In this document: positions 48,360 through 57,564 of the stretch, in pieces | Numbering within the stretch: the first letter of the stretch is position 1 | Layout of the letters: each line of letters opens with the position of its first letter | NCBI GenBank assembly: GCA_965215185.1 | Contig: OZ244034.1 | Coordinates: 2,144,001 to 2,208,000 of the forward strand | Source of the DNA: Acidimicrobiia bacterium | Lineage (GTDB): Bacteria; Actinomycetota; Acidimicrobiia; Spongiisociales; ZC4RG35 | DNA length: 64,000 nucleotides | Direction: 5' to 3' | Made by a program: the position numbers and the translations under genes | The notes under the pieces: generated by a model | The model's database searches: none | What the model was told of the DNA's origin: nothing | What the model saw: only the letters and a program-made list of their open reading frames with translations

Positions 48360-49415
48360 ATGGGTAGGGGCTCTGCCAACGATCTGCTGCGCGGGACGGT
48401 CGCGAAGCGCCGTCGTTTATCTCAGACAGGATGGACCGTCTCTTTGGTGGTGCTGGTCTTCCTAACGGTGTTGCCGCTTGTTCCCTCTGTCACCAACTCC
48501 ACCCTCTTCACCCTTACTCTGATGCTCACCAGCGTGGGGGTGGCGGTGAATTGGAATCTCACCGGGGGGTTCACCGGCTACGTGGACTTCGGCCACGCCG
48601 TGTGGTTCGGCATAGGCGCCTATACGACGGCCATTTTGTTGTCGCTTCAGAGCAACGGCCCGCAAATCGGCTGGTCACCCATCCCCGCCATCGGGTTGGG
48701 TGCGTTGGTGGCCGGCCTATTGGCGGCGGCTATCGGAAGAGTCACCATGAGACTAAAAGGGCCCTACTTCTCGATCGCCATGCTGGGAACATTTGTCGCT
48801 ATGCGAGAGATCGTGAGGGTTTCGGGGGGAATCACCGGCGGAGGCGTGGGGCTCACCTTGCCTCCCTACCTCAACCGGCCGCTGTTCTACTACATACAGT
48901 TGGCCTTGGTGGCCATGCTGGTGGCTCTCACCTGGTGGTTGCGCAGGACCCGTTTTGGCTCGGCGCTGGTGGCAATCCGAGAGGACGAGATCGGCGCCGA
49001 AATGCGGGGCATCGACACTACCCGATTCAAGGTCACCGTGTTCAGCTTCGCGGGACTCTCCACCGGGCTCTTCGGTGGACTTTGGGCCTATCAGAACACT
49101 TTCGTCGACCCCGACATCGCCTTCGTGGAGGTACGCACTATCGATGCGGTGATGGGCACCATGCTCGGGGGACTCGGCACTGTCGCCGGACCGGTGGTGG
49201 GAGCAGCACTGCTGTACTGGCTGCGCGAGGTCTTGTGGGCGAACCTCCTGGACTACCACTTGATTGCCCAGGGAGCGCTTTTGATCGTGATCGTCCTGTT
49301 CCTACCTCGGGGCCTGGTGGGACTCTTTGACCACCGGGGGACATCGGTCACCGCCCTGTGGGGACGCTGGGTGGGACGCAAGGCCGCCCCCGAGGAGCAG
49401 GGGGACGAGCCGTGA
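48360..49415 (+). CDS. livM: branched-chain amino acid ABC permease
   Basis: WNLTGGFTGYVDFGH, LKGPYF, AIREDE, GGLGT..GP, PRGLVG. Confidence 0.88.
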   Translation: MGRGSANDLLRGTVAKRRRLSQTGWTVSLVVLVFLTVLPLVPSVTNSTLFTLTLMLTSVGVAVNWNLTGGFTGYVDFGHAVWFGIGAYTTAILLSLQSNGPQIGWSPIPAIGLGALVAGLLAAAIGRVTMRLKGPYFSIAMLGTFVAMREIVRVSGGITGGGVGLTLPPYLNRPLFYYIQLALVAMLVALTWWLRRTRFGSALVAIREDEIGAEMRGIDTTRFKVTVFSFAGLSTGLFGGLWAYQNTFVDPDIAFVEVRTIDAVMGTMLGGLGTVAGPVVGAALLYWLREVLWANLLDYHLIAQGALLIVIVLFLPRGLVGLFDHRGTSVTALWGRWVGRKAAPEEQGDEP

Positions 49416-50170
49416 CCGCACTGTTGGAGGCACGAGGAGTTGTCAAGCGTTTCGGCGGGCTCACCGCCGTCGACCAGGTGGACATCCGCGTGGGCGAAGG
49501 TGAGATGGTGGGTCTCATCGGACCCAACGGGAGCGGCAAGACTACTCTGTTCGACTGTCTGAGCAGAGTGTCGGCTATAGACGAGGGCTCGATCAGCTTC
49601 AATGGAGTTGACATCACCCGCCACCGCCCGCATCAAGTGGCCCGCTTGGGAATGTCCCGTACCTTTCAATTAATCCGCGTCTACCCGGAACTCACTGTCT
49701 GCGAGAACATGGAATTGAGCATCCAGTGGAGACGACTTGGTATGCGGAAACTGTTCACCAGGACCGACCCCGACACTCACCGCAAGGTGGATTCATTACT
49801 GGAATTCCTGCTGCTGGCCCGGTTGCGACAGGAGCGGGCCGGCACCCTTTCCGGGGGCCAGCGGCGTCTCCTGGAGATCGGCATGGCATTAATGTGCGAC
49901 CCGAAGCTGGTCCTGCTGGATGAGGCCACCTCCGGAGTGAACCCGAGCCTTGTGGCCGATATCGCCGATCGTCTCCGGGAAGTGAACCGAACCGCCGGCG
50001 TGGCCTTCCTGCTGGTCGAGCACAACGTGCAGTTTGTAGCCGACCTCTGTCAAAGGGTGGTGGTGCTAAACCAAGGCGCCAAGCTGGCCGAGGGGACGCC
50101 CAGCCAGATTGTGGAAAACCCTTCTGTTATCGAAGCCTATTTCGGTGCAGAAGGCGAGGAGCCCAAGTAA
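49412..50170 (+). CDS. livG: branched-chain amino acid ABC ATPase
   Basis: KRFGGLTAV, GPNGSGKT, RTFQ, LSGGQ, VEHN, EAYFG; GTGA overlap with livM. Confidence 0.9.
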   Translation: MTALLEARGVVKRFGGLTAVDQVDIRVGEGEMVGLIGPNGSGKTTLFDCLSRVSAIDEGSISFNGVDITRHRPHQVARLGMSRTFQLIRVYPELTVCENMELSIQWRRLGMRKLFTRTDPDTHRKVDSLLEFLLLARLRQERAGTLSGGQRRLLEIGMALMCDPKLVLLDEATSGVNPSLVADIADRLREVNRTAGVAFLLVEHNVQFVADLCQRVVVLNQGAKLAEGTPSQIVENPSVIEAYFGAEGEEPK

Positions 50171-50901
50171 CCATCGAAGGACCGCTGCTCAAACTGCGCG
50201 ACGTGTGCGCCGGGTATTACCCCGGCCATGACGTTATCTGCGATGTCAACCTGGAAGTGGCCCAAGGTGAGATCGTCTGCGTTATCGGACCCAATGGAGC
50301 AGGAAAGTCCACAGTGTTCAAAGCGATCTACGGCCTGGCCGCAGTGACTTCCGGGCAGGTGCTGTGTGACGGGCAGGACATCACCCGCGTCGCCCCCGAG
50401 GACATGTTGCGCACCGCCGGGATCGCCATGGTGCCACAGCTGCGCAGTGTCTTCTCGCAGATGACCGTGCACGAGAACCTGGAGCTTGGCATGTACGTAG
50501 AGCCCGACAAGGCGCGGATACGCGAGCGGATCGAGTACGTCTACAGCCTGTTCCCCCGGCTCGCCGAACGGGCCGGACAGGCCGCCGGCACCATGTCGGG
50601 AGGAGAGCAGCGTATGCTCGAGATCGGACGGTCGCTGATGCACGAGCCGCGTCTGGTGCTGATGGACGAACCCTCGGCGGGGTTGGCGCCGATTATCACC
50701 CGACAGGTAATGGAGTCGATTCGCCGCTTCAACCGGGAAATCGGGCTCACGGTGCTGATGATCGAGCAGAACGCCCGCCAGGGCCTGGAAGCCAGCCACC
50801 GCGGATATGTGCTCGAGTCGGGACGGAACTCCTATCAGGGCCCCTCCCAAGATCTACTGGCCGACCCCCACGTGCGACGGGCGTTCTTGGGAATGCGGTG
50901 A
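50167..50901 (+). CDS. livF: branched-chain amino acid ABC ATPase (homology extends upstream of the GTG at 50203)
   Basis: GPNGAGKST, LFPRL.ER, MSGGEQRML, DEPSAGLAP; upstream in-frame VTIEGPLLKLRD. Confidence 0.88.
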   Translation, partial: VTIEGPLLKLRDVCAGYYPGHDVICDVNLEVAQGEIVCVIGPNGAGKSTVFKAIYGLAAVTSGQVLCDGQDITRVAPEDMLRTAGIAMVPQLRSVFSQMTVHENLELGMYVEPDKARIRERIEYVYSLFPRLAERAGQAAGTMSGGEQRMLEIGRSLMHEPRLVLMDEPSAGLAPIITRQVMESIRRFNREIGLTVLMIEQNARQGLEASHRGYVLESGRNSYQGPSQDLLADPHVRRAFLGMR

Positions 50902-51038
50902 AGGTTGCCTGTCAGCCCATCCGGGCAACGCCTCCCAACCCCAACGGACATCAAGCGGAAAGAATGGGCTCGGGTTCGGTGGGCTATGACCACAGTGCCA
51001 CAGAGCATTGACACGCTACGCAGATGCAAAGAGCAACT

Positions 51039-51197
51039 TTGACCAACCGCATCATTAAGGGATTCTTGTGCAGAGTTATCGTCCTCGCCCTGGCGCTTGC
51101 AACGCTTACTCTCGGAGGTTTACGCCTAACCCGTCCGGTAACAGAACCGTTTGTCAAGGTCCTGTTAGGCCTGAAACGATTATTTTATGATCTGTGA
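51039..51197 (+). CDS. possible small membrane protein (52 aa)
   Basis: TTG-started ORF MTNRIIKGFLCRVIVLALALATLTLGGLRL... with a hydrophobic stretch, in an otherwise empty gap. Confidence 0.3.
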   Translation: MTNRIIKGFLCRVIVLALALATLTLGGLRLTRPVTEPFVKVLLGLKRLFYDL

Positions 51198-51508
51198 CCA
51201 TCTAATGAAACGGGAGGCAACTCCAACTCTCCCAATAAGCCCTGAGCGGCTTGTTATCCGAGGCCGCGGCGTCTGCCTATCGGGGCGAGATCACATCGGG
51301 GAGTGACGGCAAAAGCCTAGTGGACCACCCGCCCGCGCTGCGCGCTAAACCAACACTCTCCCGACATCTCACCCCGCATGCCCCAAGCGCCTGTGTATAG
51401 CAATAGAGTGTAGTTTCCGAAACCCCCAGCGGTAGCGGCAACCGGTCGCTCCCACTTGGAAACTCGGGATGCGCTTTTGCAGCCGGAGTACTCCCAAGTG
51501 TTTAGCAA

Positions 51509-52579
51509 CTACGTGGACACCTTTCCCCATAGTCGAGGAAGGAGGAGGCTGGCTTGGGCCCTATGCGGGGGCCATACCACACAACGACGGCCGTTCTGCC
51601 ACTGGACGGTCACCACTTCGTGGCCCACCTGCAAACCGGTGACGGGATCGAGGCGGAACGCGCCGTAAAAAGTGCGGGTGTCGAGCCGCCGAGCTTGGGC
51701 CATCAAGGTCCCATCGTCCAGAGCATCGGTCATTCGGACACACTCCGACCAGATCAGAGCCGCGGCCAGAGCCTGGGCGGCGGGATAGGGAGGAGCAACC
51801 CCGACCTGGCGACGGTAAGCGCCAACAAACCAATCCGCTTCAGGGCCGGCCGCGGGTTTACGAACGCTGGCGGGCGTCCACTGGGCGGGACCAATCAGAC
51901 CTTCTCGTCGGTCTCCGAGGGCTTCCAATACCTCATCCACCCCAGCCGCAACCGATAGAACCGCTCTCCACCTACCGCGATCCAAGGTCCGCAGTATCGC
52001 CAACTCGTCTTGGAACGATCCCACCATCGCCAGCACTTCGCCACCCGGAAGCCCCGACAGCGAAGCCTCGGCTTGCCCCGGCTGGAACAGCGCATCAGCG
52101 CACGAAATGCCTAGCTGCATAGCAGCGGACATCGCTCCCCGCGCCACCTCTCCCGAAAAGCCTTTCCCAGTGTGAAGCACGACCATCGAACGAATTTGAG
52201 GATCGGACGACCGGATGGCTGTCAGGCCACCCTCCAAGTAGGAAGACGCCGGCGCCAAGACATTCACCACGTTTGAGAATCTGGGCCGAGCCAGCCGGGC
52301 GGTAGCCCCTCCTCCGTTCCACATCAATCGGGAGGTCGCCCGGGCAACCGCCAACGCCGGCCCTCTTCCGTAGGGTCCGAACAGCACATCGAACCCTGCG
52401 GATTCGGCGGTTCTTACCGCAGCGGCAGGATCGGGGTGGGAATCGTGAACCGTGAGATCAACGGATCCCGATTCGGCGACTTGCTCGGCCCATAACCTTA
52501 AGGCCTCTCCCGCCGCCCGGCCATACAAACCCAAAGGGCCGGTAAGAGGAGTTAGCATCGCTGCCCGGATTGCCTTCAT
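51509..52579 (-). CDS. periplasmic-binding-protein type 1 (Liv family) protein with no evident signal peptide
   Basis: PLTGP, LFGPYG, TFYGAF.LD..G.Q..H, VQWQ.G..VWP. Confidence 0.82.
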   Translation of the reverse strand: MKAIRAAMLTPLTGPLGLYGRAAGEALRLWAEQVAESGSVDLTVHDSHPDPAAAVRTAESAGFDVLFGPYGRGPALAVARATSRLMWNGGGATARLARPRFSNVVNVLAPASSYLEGGLTAIRSSDPQIRSMVVLHTGKGFSGEVARGAMSAAMQLGISCADALFQPGQAEASLSGLPGGEVLAMVGSFQDELAILRTLDRGRWRAVLSVAAGVDEVLEALGDRREGLIGPAQWTPASVRKPAAGPEADWFVGAYRRQVGVAPPYPAAQALAAALIWSECVRMTDALDDGTLMAQARRLDTRTFYGAFRLDPVTGLQVGHEVVTVQWQNGRRCVVWPPHRAQASLLLPRLWGKVST

Positions 52580-52678
52580 TTATCCTGCGCCCTCGTCGTC
52601 TGTCGTTTTGAAATCAATAACTGCTGAAGATATTCTCCCGAGATCAAATATATCTATGAACTGGATTGAAGTCTGACC

Positions 52679-53332
52679 ATGCGGGGCGACAACACTCAGG
52701 CACACATCGAGAGGTTCCTGAACAATCATCCCGACGGACATCTCTATGTAGCCGTCGGATATGCCAGCATCTGGGGATTGGCCTGGTTGCAGGAGCACAC
52801 AACGGGACGGCCTGTGACCCTGATCATTGGTGACACCGAGCCACACCATTTCGAAAAGGGAACTGACCCCGATCGACGAAAGGCTATTGCCTTCCTCAGG
52901 CGTCGAGATATTCGGGTTCTCAATTGGTATCGCAGCGCCAGAAGCGCACAGGGAAAGTCGATGCTTCACGCCAAAGCCTGGGTGGTTGCAGACCGTAAAG
53001 CTGGAGCCGCGACGGCCGCGTTGGTCGGCTCAGCCAACCTGACAAGGGTGGGACTGCAGGACAACTGGGAGGTGATGGCAGTCGCCGCCGTGAACGAAGT
53101 AACCCGGATCTGGTCACAACTGGATGGCCTTCTGCGAGGCCAAACAGTCAGCAAGAAACCCTGGGACACTTCGCAAAGGCTCATAGACGCTATCAAAGCT
53201 GGCGAGGAACCTCAACCACGGCCCAAGACAGAACCAAAGCCCAAAAAGAAGGGTGGCTGTCTCCCTCTGGCAGCCTCAATTGGTGCGTCGTTTGCCCTCA
53301 TCATCGCAGTGACCTTATTGCTGTTCCTCTAA
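52679..53332 (+). CDS. phospholipase D (HKD) nuclease-like domain with Pro/Lys linker and C-terminal TM helix
   Basis: AVGYAS, LHAKAW, VGSANLT..GL..NWE; tail PQPRPKTEPKPKKKGGC followed by a hydrophobic stretch. Confidence 0.8.
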   Translation: MRGDNTQAHIERFLNNHPDGHLYVAVGYASIWGLAWLQEHTTGRPVTLIIGDTEPHHFEKGTDPDRRKAIAFLRRRDIRVLNWYRSARSAQGKSMLHAKAWVVADRKAGAATAALVGSANLTRVGLQDNWEVMAVAAVNEVTRIWSQLDGLLRGQTVSKKPWDTSQRLIDAIKAGEEPQPRPKTEPKPKKKGGCLPLAASIGASFALIIAVTLLLFL

Positions 53333-53354
53333 CCACCTGCAATCCAGGCAGACT

Positions 53355-54593
53355 TCAGCCACCCACTACTCTCACCGGCATTCGCTTGATTCCGTGAATG
53401 AAATTGGATTGAAGTCGCTCAGCCGGTCCGATCAGACGAAGATCGGACATGCGCGGTAGCAGCTCCTCTATGGCCACTTTCACCTGTAATCGTCCCAGAG
53501 CCGCCCCCAGGCAAAAGTGGGGTCCACCCTTCCCGAAACTGACCTGGGGATTGGGGCGGCGTTCTATGTCGAACCGGTAGGGATCCTCAAACACTTCCTC
53601 GTCAAAGTTGGCGGAGATATACCAGATAGTGACCTTGTCGCCTTGCCGAATGATCTGACCGCCTAGTTCCACCTCTCGGGTGGCGGTGCGGCGGAAGTGG
53701 TAGATGGGCGTCGCCCACCTGATGATCTCCTCCACAGCCCGGTCCATCAAGCCGGGGCGTCCCTCCTGTAGGTCCTCCATCTGGTCGGGACGATCCATCA
53801 GCGCCAGCACCCCCTGGCTGATGGAATGCCGGGAGGCTTCCTGGCCGGCGATCATCAACACCGCGAAGAAGTTGTTGAACTCGGCTTCCGTGAGAGGTTC
53901 TCCTCCCGGCTCAGCCTGAAGCACCCGACTGATCATGTCGTCGCCCGGCCGGGCACGGCGCTCGGCAGCCAATTTGGCGGCATATTGAAAGGCTTCCAGA
54001 CCCGCCGGGCTGCCAAAGGGGGCAAACCGACAATTCGGATCGGAACGATCCTCCCAGTACTCCGGATCGGAATCGCCCACCAGCATCCGGTCGGTCCACT
54101 CGATCAAACGGTCCGACATGTGTCGGGGAATGCCCATGTGCTCGCACAGCCACAGCACCGGGATCTGTTTGGAAATCGCCCCCACCAGATCGAACTCGCC
54201 GCGGGTAAGCACCTCGGCCAGCACCTCGGCGGTCATCAACCGGAAGGCGGTCTCGTAGGCGGACACCACCCTGGGGGTGAACCCGCGCGACAGCAATCGG
54301 CGAATACGGCTATGTGCCGGAGGATCGAGATCCATCATGGAACGCCGAGCCGCCAACTCCTCAGGGGTCATCTCCTCCAGAGTCGATCCCTGCGCCGAGG
54401 AGAAGGTCCGCCAGTCACTGCTGACCAAGGACAAATCTCGGTATCGCACTACCGCCCAGAAGCCAGCTCTCCCGTCCTCCTCGTCATGCCAGGAAACCGG
54501 AGCGTGGCGCCTCAGATACCGAAAGACTTCATGGGGAACCTTACGGGCATACAACGTGGGATCCTGGATATCAACATCTACCCGCATTCGCAT
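53355..54593 (-). CDS. cytochrome P450 (CYP125/142/124-like)
   Basis: DPPAH, IAGQE, EEIIR, FGKGGPHFCLG heme motif. Confidence 0.95.
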   Translation of the reverse strand: MRMRVDVDIQDPTLYARKVPHEVFRYLRRHAPVSWHDEEDGRAGFWAVVRYRDLSLVSSDWRTFSSAQGSTLEEMTPEELAARRSMMDLDPPAHSRIRRLLSRGFTPRVVSAYETAFRLMTAEVLAEVLTRGEFDLVGAISKQIPVLWLCEHMGIPRHMSDRLIEWTDRMLVGDSDPEYWEDRSDPNCRFAPFGSPAGLEAFQYAAKLAAERRARPGDDMISRVLQAEPGGEPLTEAEFNNFFAVLMIAGQEASRHSISQGVLALMDRPDQMEDLQEGRPGLMDRAVEEIIRWATPIYHFRRTATREVELGGQIIRQGDKVTIWYISANFDEEVFEDPYRFDIERRPNPQVSFGKGGPHFCLGAALGRLQVKVAIEELLPRMSDLRLIGPAERLQSNFIHGIKRMPVRVVGG

Positions 54594-54685
54594 CCGCCAC
54601 CCGTGAGGTCATTCCAGGCGCTTCCGCCTATCTGTCGAAGTGTAGGATTTGAATTTGGGATCGACCCTCGATACGGGAGCCAACC

Positions 54686-55498
54686 ATCACCTCACCTTCT
54701 GGATTCCTCTTCCCCCAAAGCCCCACCGGCAGGGCTTCTCTTCTCCCCTACCCGCCCTGGCACTATTCAGGTGAAATGTTGACCATCGAGTACCGAACTG
54801 ATCCCGAAAGAGTCCGCGAGATCCTGTCCCCTCCCCTGGAACCCGCCCGCGAGGATCCCGGAGCGGTTGCCATGATTTGGGCGGAATGGCAATCATGTTC
54901 GGATTCGGGCGAAGAGTTGCTGGACCCGATTCGCTCCCAGTACAGGGAGTGTTTTCTGGTGGTAAGGTGCCGGTATGGAAACCACACATGGTCCCGGTGC
55001 GTCTACATCTGGGTCGACACGGATTATTCGATGATGCGAGGCCACCACCAGGGGTATCCCAAACGGCTGGGAGAGATCCACATGACCCGCCCGGTAGTGG
55101 TGGGACGGGCCGGCCCCCGGCTGGAGAAGGGCGGGGATTTCGGCGCAACTCTGTCGTCAAACGGACGTCGTCTGGCCGAAGCCCGGCTTACCCTCACCAA
55201 ACCTTGCGATCATGGGGGCTTCGTCAACGCCCTGCCGATGTTGCATTCCCGGCGCTTTCCCACCATCGAATCGGACGGAACCGCATCCATGGATGAACTG
55301 GTCGAGACGCGGGGTTACGACGTGGAGATCGCCGACGGATGGGAGGGAGAAGCCCACCTATCGCTGTTCCCTTCGCCTGCCGAGGAGCATCACCGCCTGG
55401 CACCCAGGGAGATTATCGGCTCTTACTGGAGACGGGTGGGCATGTCTTGGAATGCAGGGACCACCCTCCACCGGTCCCCGGCTCCACTCCTCGGATAA
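54686..55498 (+). CDS. acetoacetate decarboxylase family protein (N-terminus extends upstream of the ATG at 54776)
   Basis: PPWHYSG, YRTDP, GYPK Schiff-base Lys; GGGAG RBS 6 nt before an in-frame ATC at 54686. Confidence 0.85.
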   Translation: MTSPSGFLFPQSPTGRASLLPYPPWHYSGEMLTIEYRTDPERVREILSPPLEPAREDPGAVAMIWAEWQSCSDSGEELLDPIRSQYRECFLVVRCRYGNHTWSRCVYIWVDTDYSMMRGHHQGYPKRLGEIHMTRPVVVGRAGPRLEKGGDFGATLSSNGRRLAEARLTLTKPCDHGGFVNALPMLHSRRFPTIESDGTASMDELVETRGYDVEIADGWEGEAHLSLFPSPAEEHHRLAPREIIGSYWRRVGMSWNAGTTLHRSPAPLLG

Positions 55499-55502
55499 GG
55501 GG

Positions 55503-56015
55503 ATGGTCGACATTACCCAAAACCGCCTCGTTATCCGAGAACTCACTTCCCGGGATAGAGCGCGGGCGGTGGAGGTGATCAACATCGCCGCCCGGTGGTA
55601 CCAGGAGTTCCTTCCACAGGAAGAACTTCACGATCCGGAGATGGACGAGACGCAGTGGACGGCAGAAGGCCAGCGAATGACCTGGTGGGGGGCGTTGATC
55701 GACGACGCTCTTATCGGGGTGATGGGAAGCGAACCGATGGGAGAAGTGGCCTTGCTCCGTCATGCCTACATCCTCCCACACTGTCAAAGACAAGGAGTGG
55801 CTTCGGCATTGCGCCGGCACATCGAGACGCACCTTGCGGGCCTAAAGAGGATCATCGTGGGAACCTACGCCGCCAACTACAAGGCGCGGGGCAATCTGAA
55901 AAAGGGCGGCTATCGTCTTTCGGCCGATTCTCAAGCTGTACTGCGCACCTACTACGACATTCCTGAGGACCGGCTTTTGACCTCGGTCACCTACGAAAAG
56001 ACACTGAACGACTAA
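55503..56015 (+). CDS. GNAT N-acetyltransferase
   Basis: LIGVMG, LRHAYILP..QRQGVA acetyl-CoA motif. Confidence 0.88.
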   Translation: MVDITQNRLVIRELTSRDRARAVEVINIAARWYQEFLPQEELHDPEMDETQWTAEGQRMTWWGALIDDALIGVMGSEPMGEVALLRHAYILPHCQRQGVASALRRHIETHLAGLKRIIVGTYAANYKARGNLKKGGYRLSADSQAVLRTYYDIPEDRLLTSVTYEKTLND

Positions 56016-56225
56016 ACCCGGCCCGGCTGGTACTGGTGCAAAGCAGATGTGATCCATCCTCGCCTCACCTGTGCCATTGGCCGAAACCCCCTCTGGGCCA
56101 CAGTTTTCGTTCCCGACGGCACTCCACCCCCGAGTACCAATCACCCACCGCCTGGGAAGGGATGACCTCCACTGGTCGCTAAACCCTCGGACTGAACCCG
56201 CCCACCACAAGCGGGTCATTCCAGA

Positions 56226-56520
56226 TCAGAAACCGGTGACTGTCAATTCGATACCGAACTGGTTCATCAACGACACGATGTACTGATACACCGATGGGAT
56301 ACAAGCGGTGACCGAAATGTCGAAGGGAATCGAGCTACCGTCATCCTGCGGCATGTCCATGGTGACCGCATTTCCGCCAATGCGACCGCTGGGCCTCGAA
56401 CAGCCGGAAGTCAAACTGGTCCGGGTGGTGATGCAGCCTCCATGCGGCGCCAAGCCCTGAAATCCCTCCGCCAACAATGGCTATGCGCCGCACTGCTGTC
56501 CCGCTCCCTCCGGTTGCCAT
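56226..56520 (-). pseudogene. truncated, frameshifted FAD-dependent oxidoreductase N-terminus
   Basis: AGGAAGGAG RBS, ATG at 56520, RIAIVGGGISGLGAAW..LFEA; after a frameshift near 56390, GRIGGNA; stops after about 100 codons. Confidence 0.8.
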
Positions 56521-56565
56521 GAATCTCCTTCCTACAAATGTCGTTATATAGCCGCCGGGAAAGAG

Positions 56566-57564
56566 TCAAACGGGAAGACGGTCCACCAAGTGGCAAGAAA
56601 CCAGACGGCCGCCGCCCTTGTCTTCCAAGGGTGGGTGAGGGGTCGTCCGGCAGATGTTGGCCGCTTGTGGACAGCGGTCGACAAAACGGCACTCGGGCGC
56701 CGGATTTACAGCTTTGCCGATGCCTCCCTTGATGCGAACCTCCGGTGGAGGACGCGCCGGGTCGGGAACCGGCACCGCCGATAACAGCGCCTGCGTATAG
56801 GGGTGCAGCGGGTTGGCCAGCAATTGCTCGGTCTCCCCTATCTCCACCACCTTCCCCAGATACATGACCGCGATGCGGTCGCACATGTACCGGGCCACCG
56901 CCAAGTCATGGGTGATATAGAGATATGAGACGCCAAACTCCCTCGCCAAGCGGGACATCAACTCCATGATCGAAATGCGGATGCTGACATCCAGCATGGA
57001 AGTCGGTTCGTCTGCCACCACCAGGCGGGGCTGCAGGATGAGAGCGCGGGCAATAGCGACTCGCTGGCGTTGCCCACCCGACAGTTCGTGGGGATAGCGG
57101 AACATGAATGACTCCGGCGGGGCCAGTCCTACCTTGCCCAGCATCTCTCTTATCTGCTCTTCCCGGGTGCTCAGATCGCCGATCCCGTGAATCAGAAGCG
57201 GCTCGGCAATCGTCTCGAAGACGGTCCGCCTCGGGTTGATGGATTCGTAGGGATCTTGGAAGATCATCTGGACCTGACGGCGAAACTTGGCCCGCTGATC
57301 AGCATTGAGATCGACGAGATCCATCTGCGTCCCATCGTCCTGGGTCAGTGAGATCTTCCCCTGGTCGGGCGTTTCCAATCGGACCAGCATCCGGCCGGTA
57401 GTAGTCTTTCCGCACCCCGATTCCCCGACCAGCCCGAGACTCTCCCCTGCCCCGATCTCGAAATTGAGATCGTCCACCGCGTGCACGAATCCGGTGTTGC
57501 GACGGAAGAGCCCGGGCGATACCGGAAACAACTTACGAAGCCCTTTGACCTTTACCAGGCTCAT
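56566..57564 (-). CDS. oppF: oligopeptide/dipeptide ABC ATPase
   Basis: GESGCGKTT, IFQDP, LSGGQRQR, HPYT, CRF..RC..C..CH. Confidence 0.9.
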   Translation of the reverse strand: MSLVKVKGLRKLFPVSPGLFRRNTGFVHAVDDLNFEIGAGESLGLVGESGCGKTTTGRMLVRLETPDQGKISLTQDDGTQMDLVDLNADQRAKFRRQVQMIFQDPYESINPRRTVFETIAEPLLIHGIGDLSTREEQIREMLGKVGLAPPESFMFRYPHELSGGQRQRVAIARALILQPRLVVADEPTSMLDVSIRISIMELMSRLAREFGVSYLYITHDLAVARYMCDRIAVMYLGKVVEIGETEQLLANPLHPYTQALLSAVPVPDPARPPPEVRIKGGIGKAVNPAPECRFVDRCPQAANICRTTPHPPLEDKGGGRLVSCHLVDRLPV

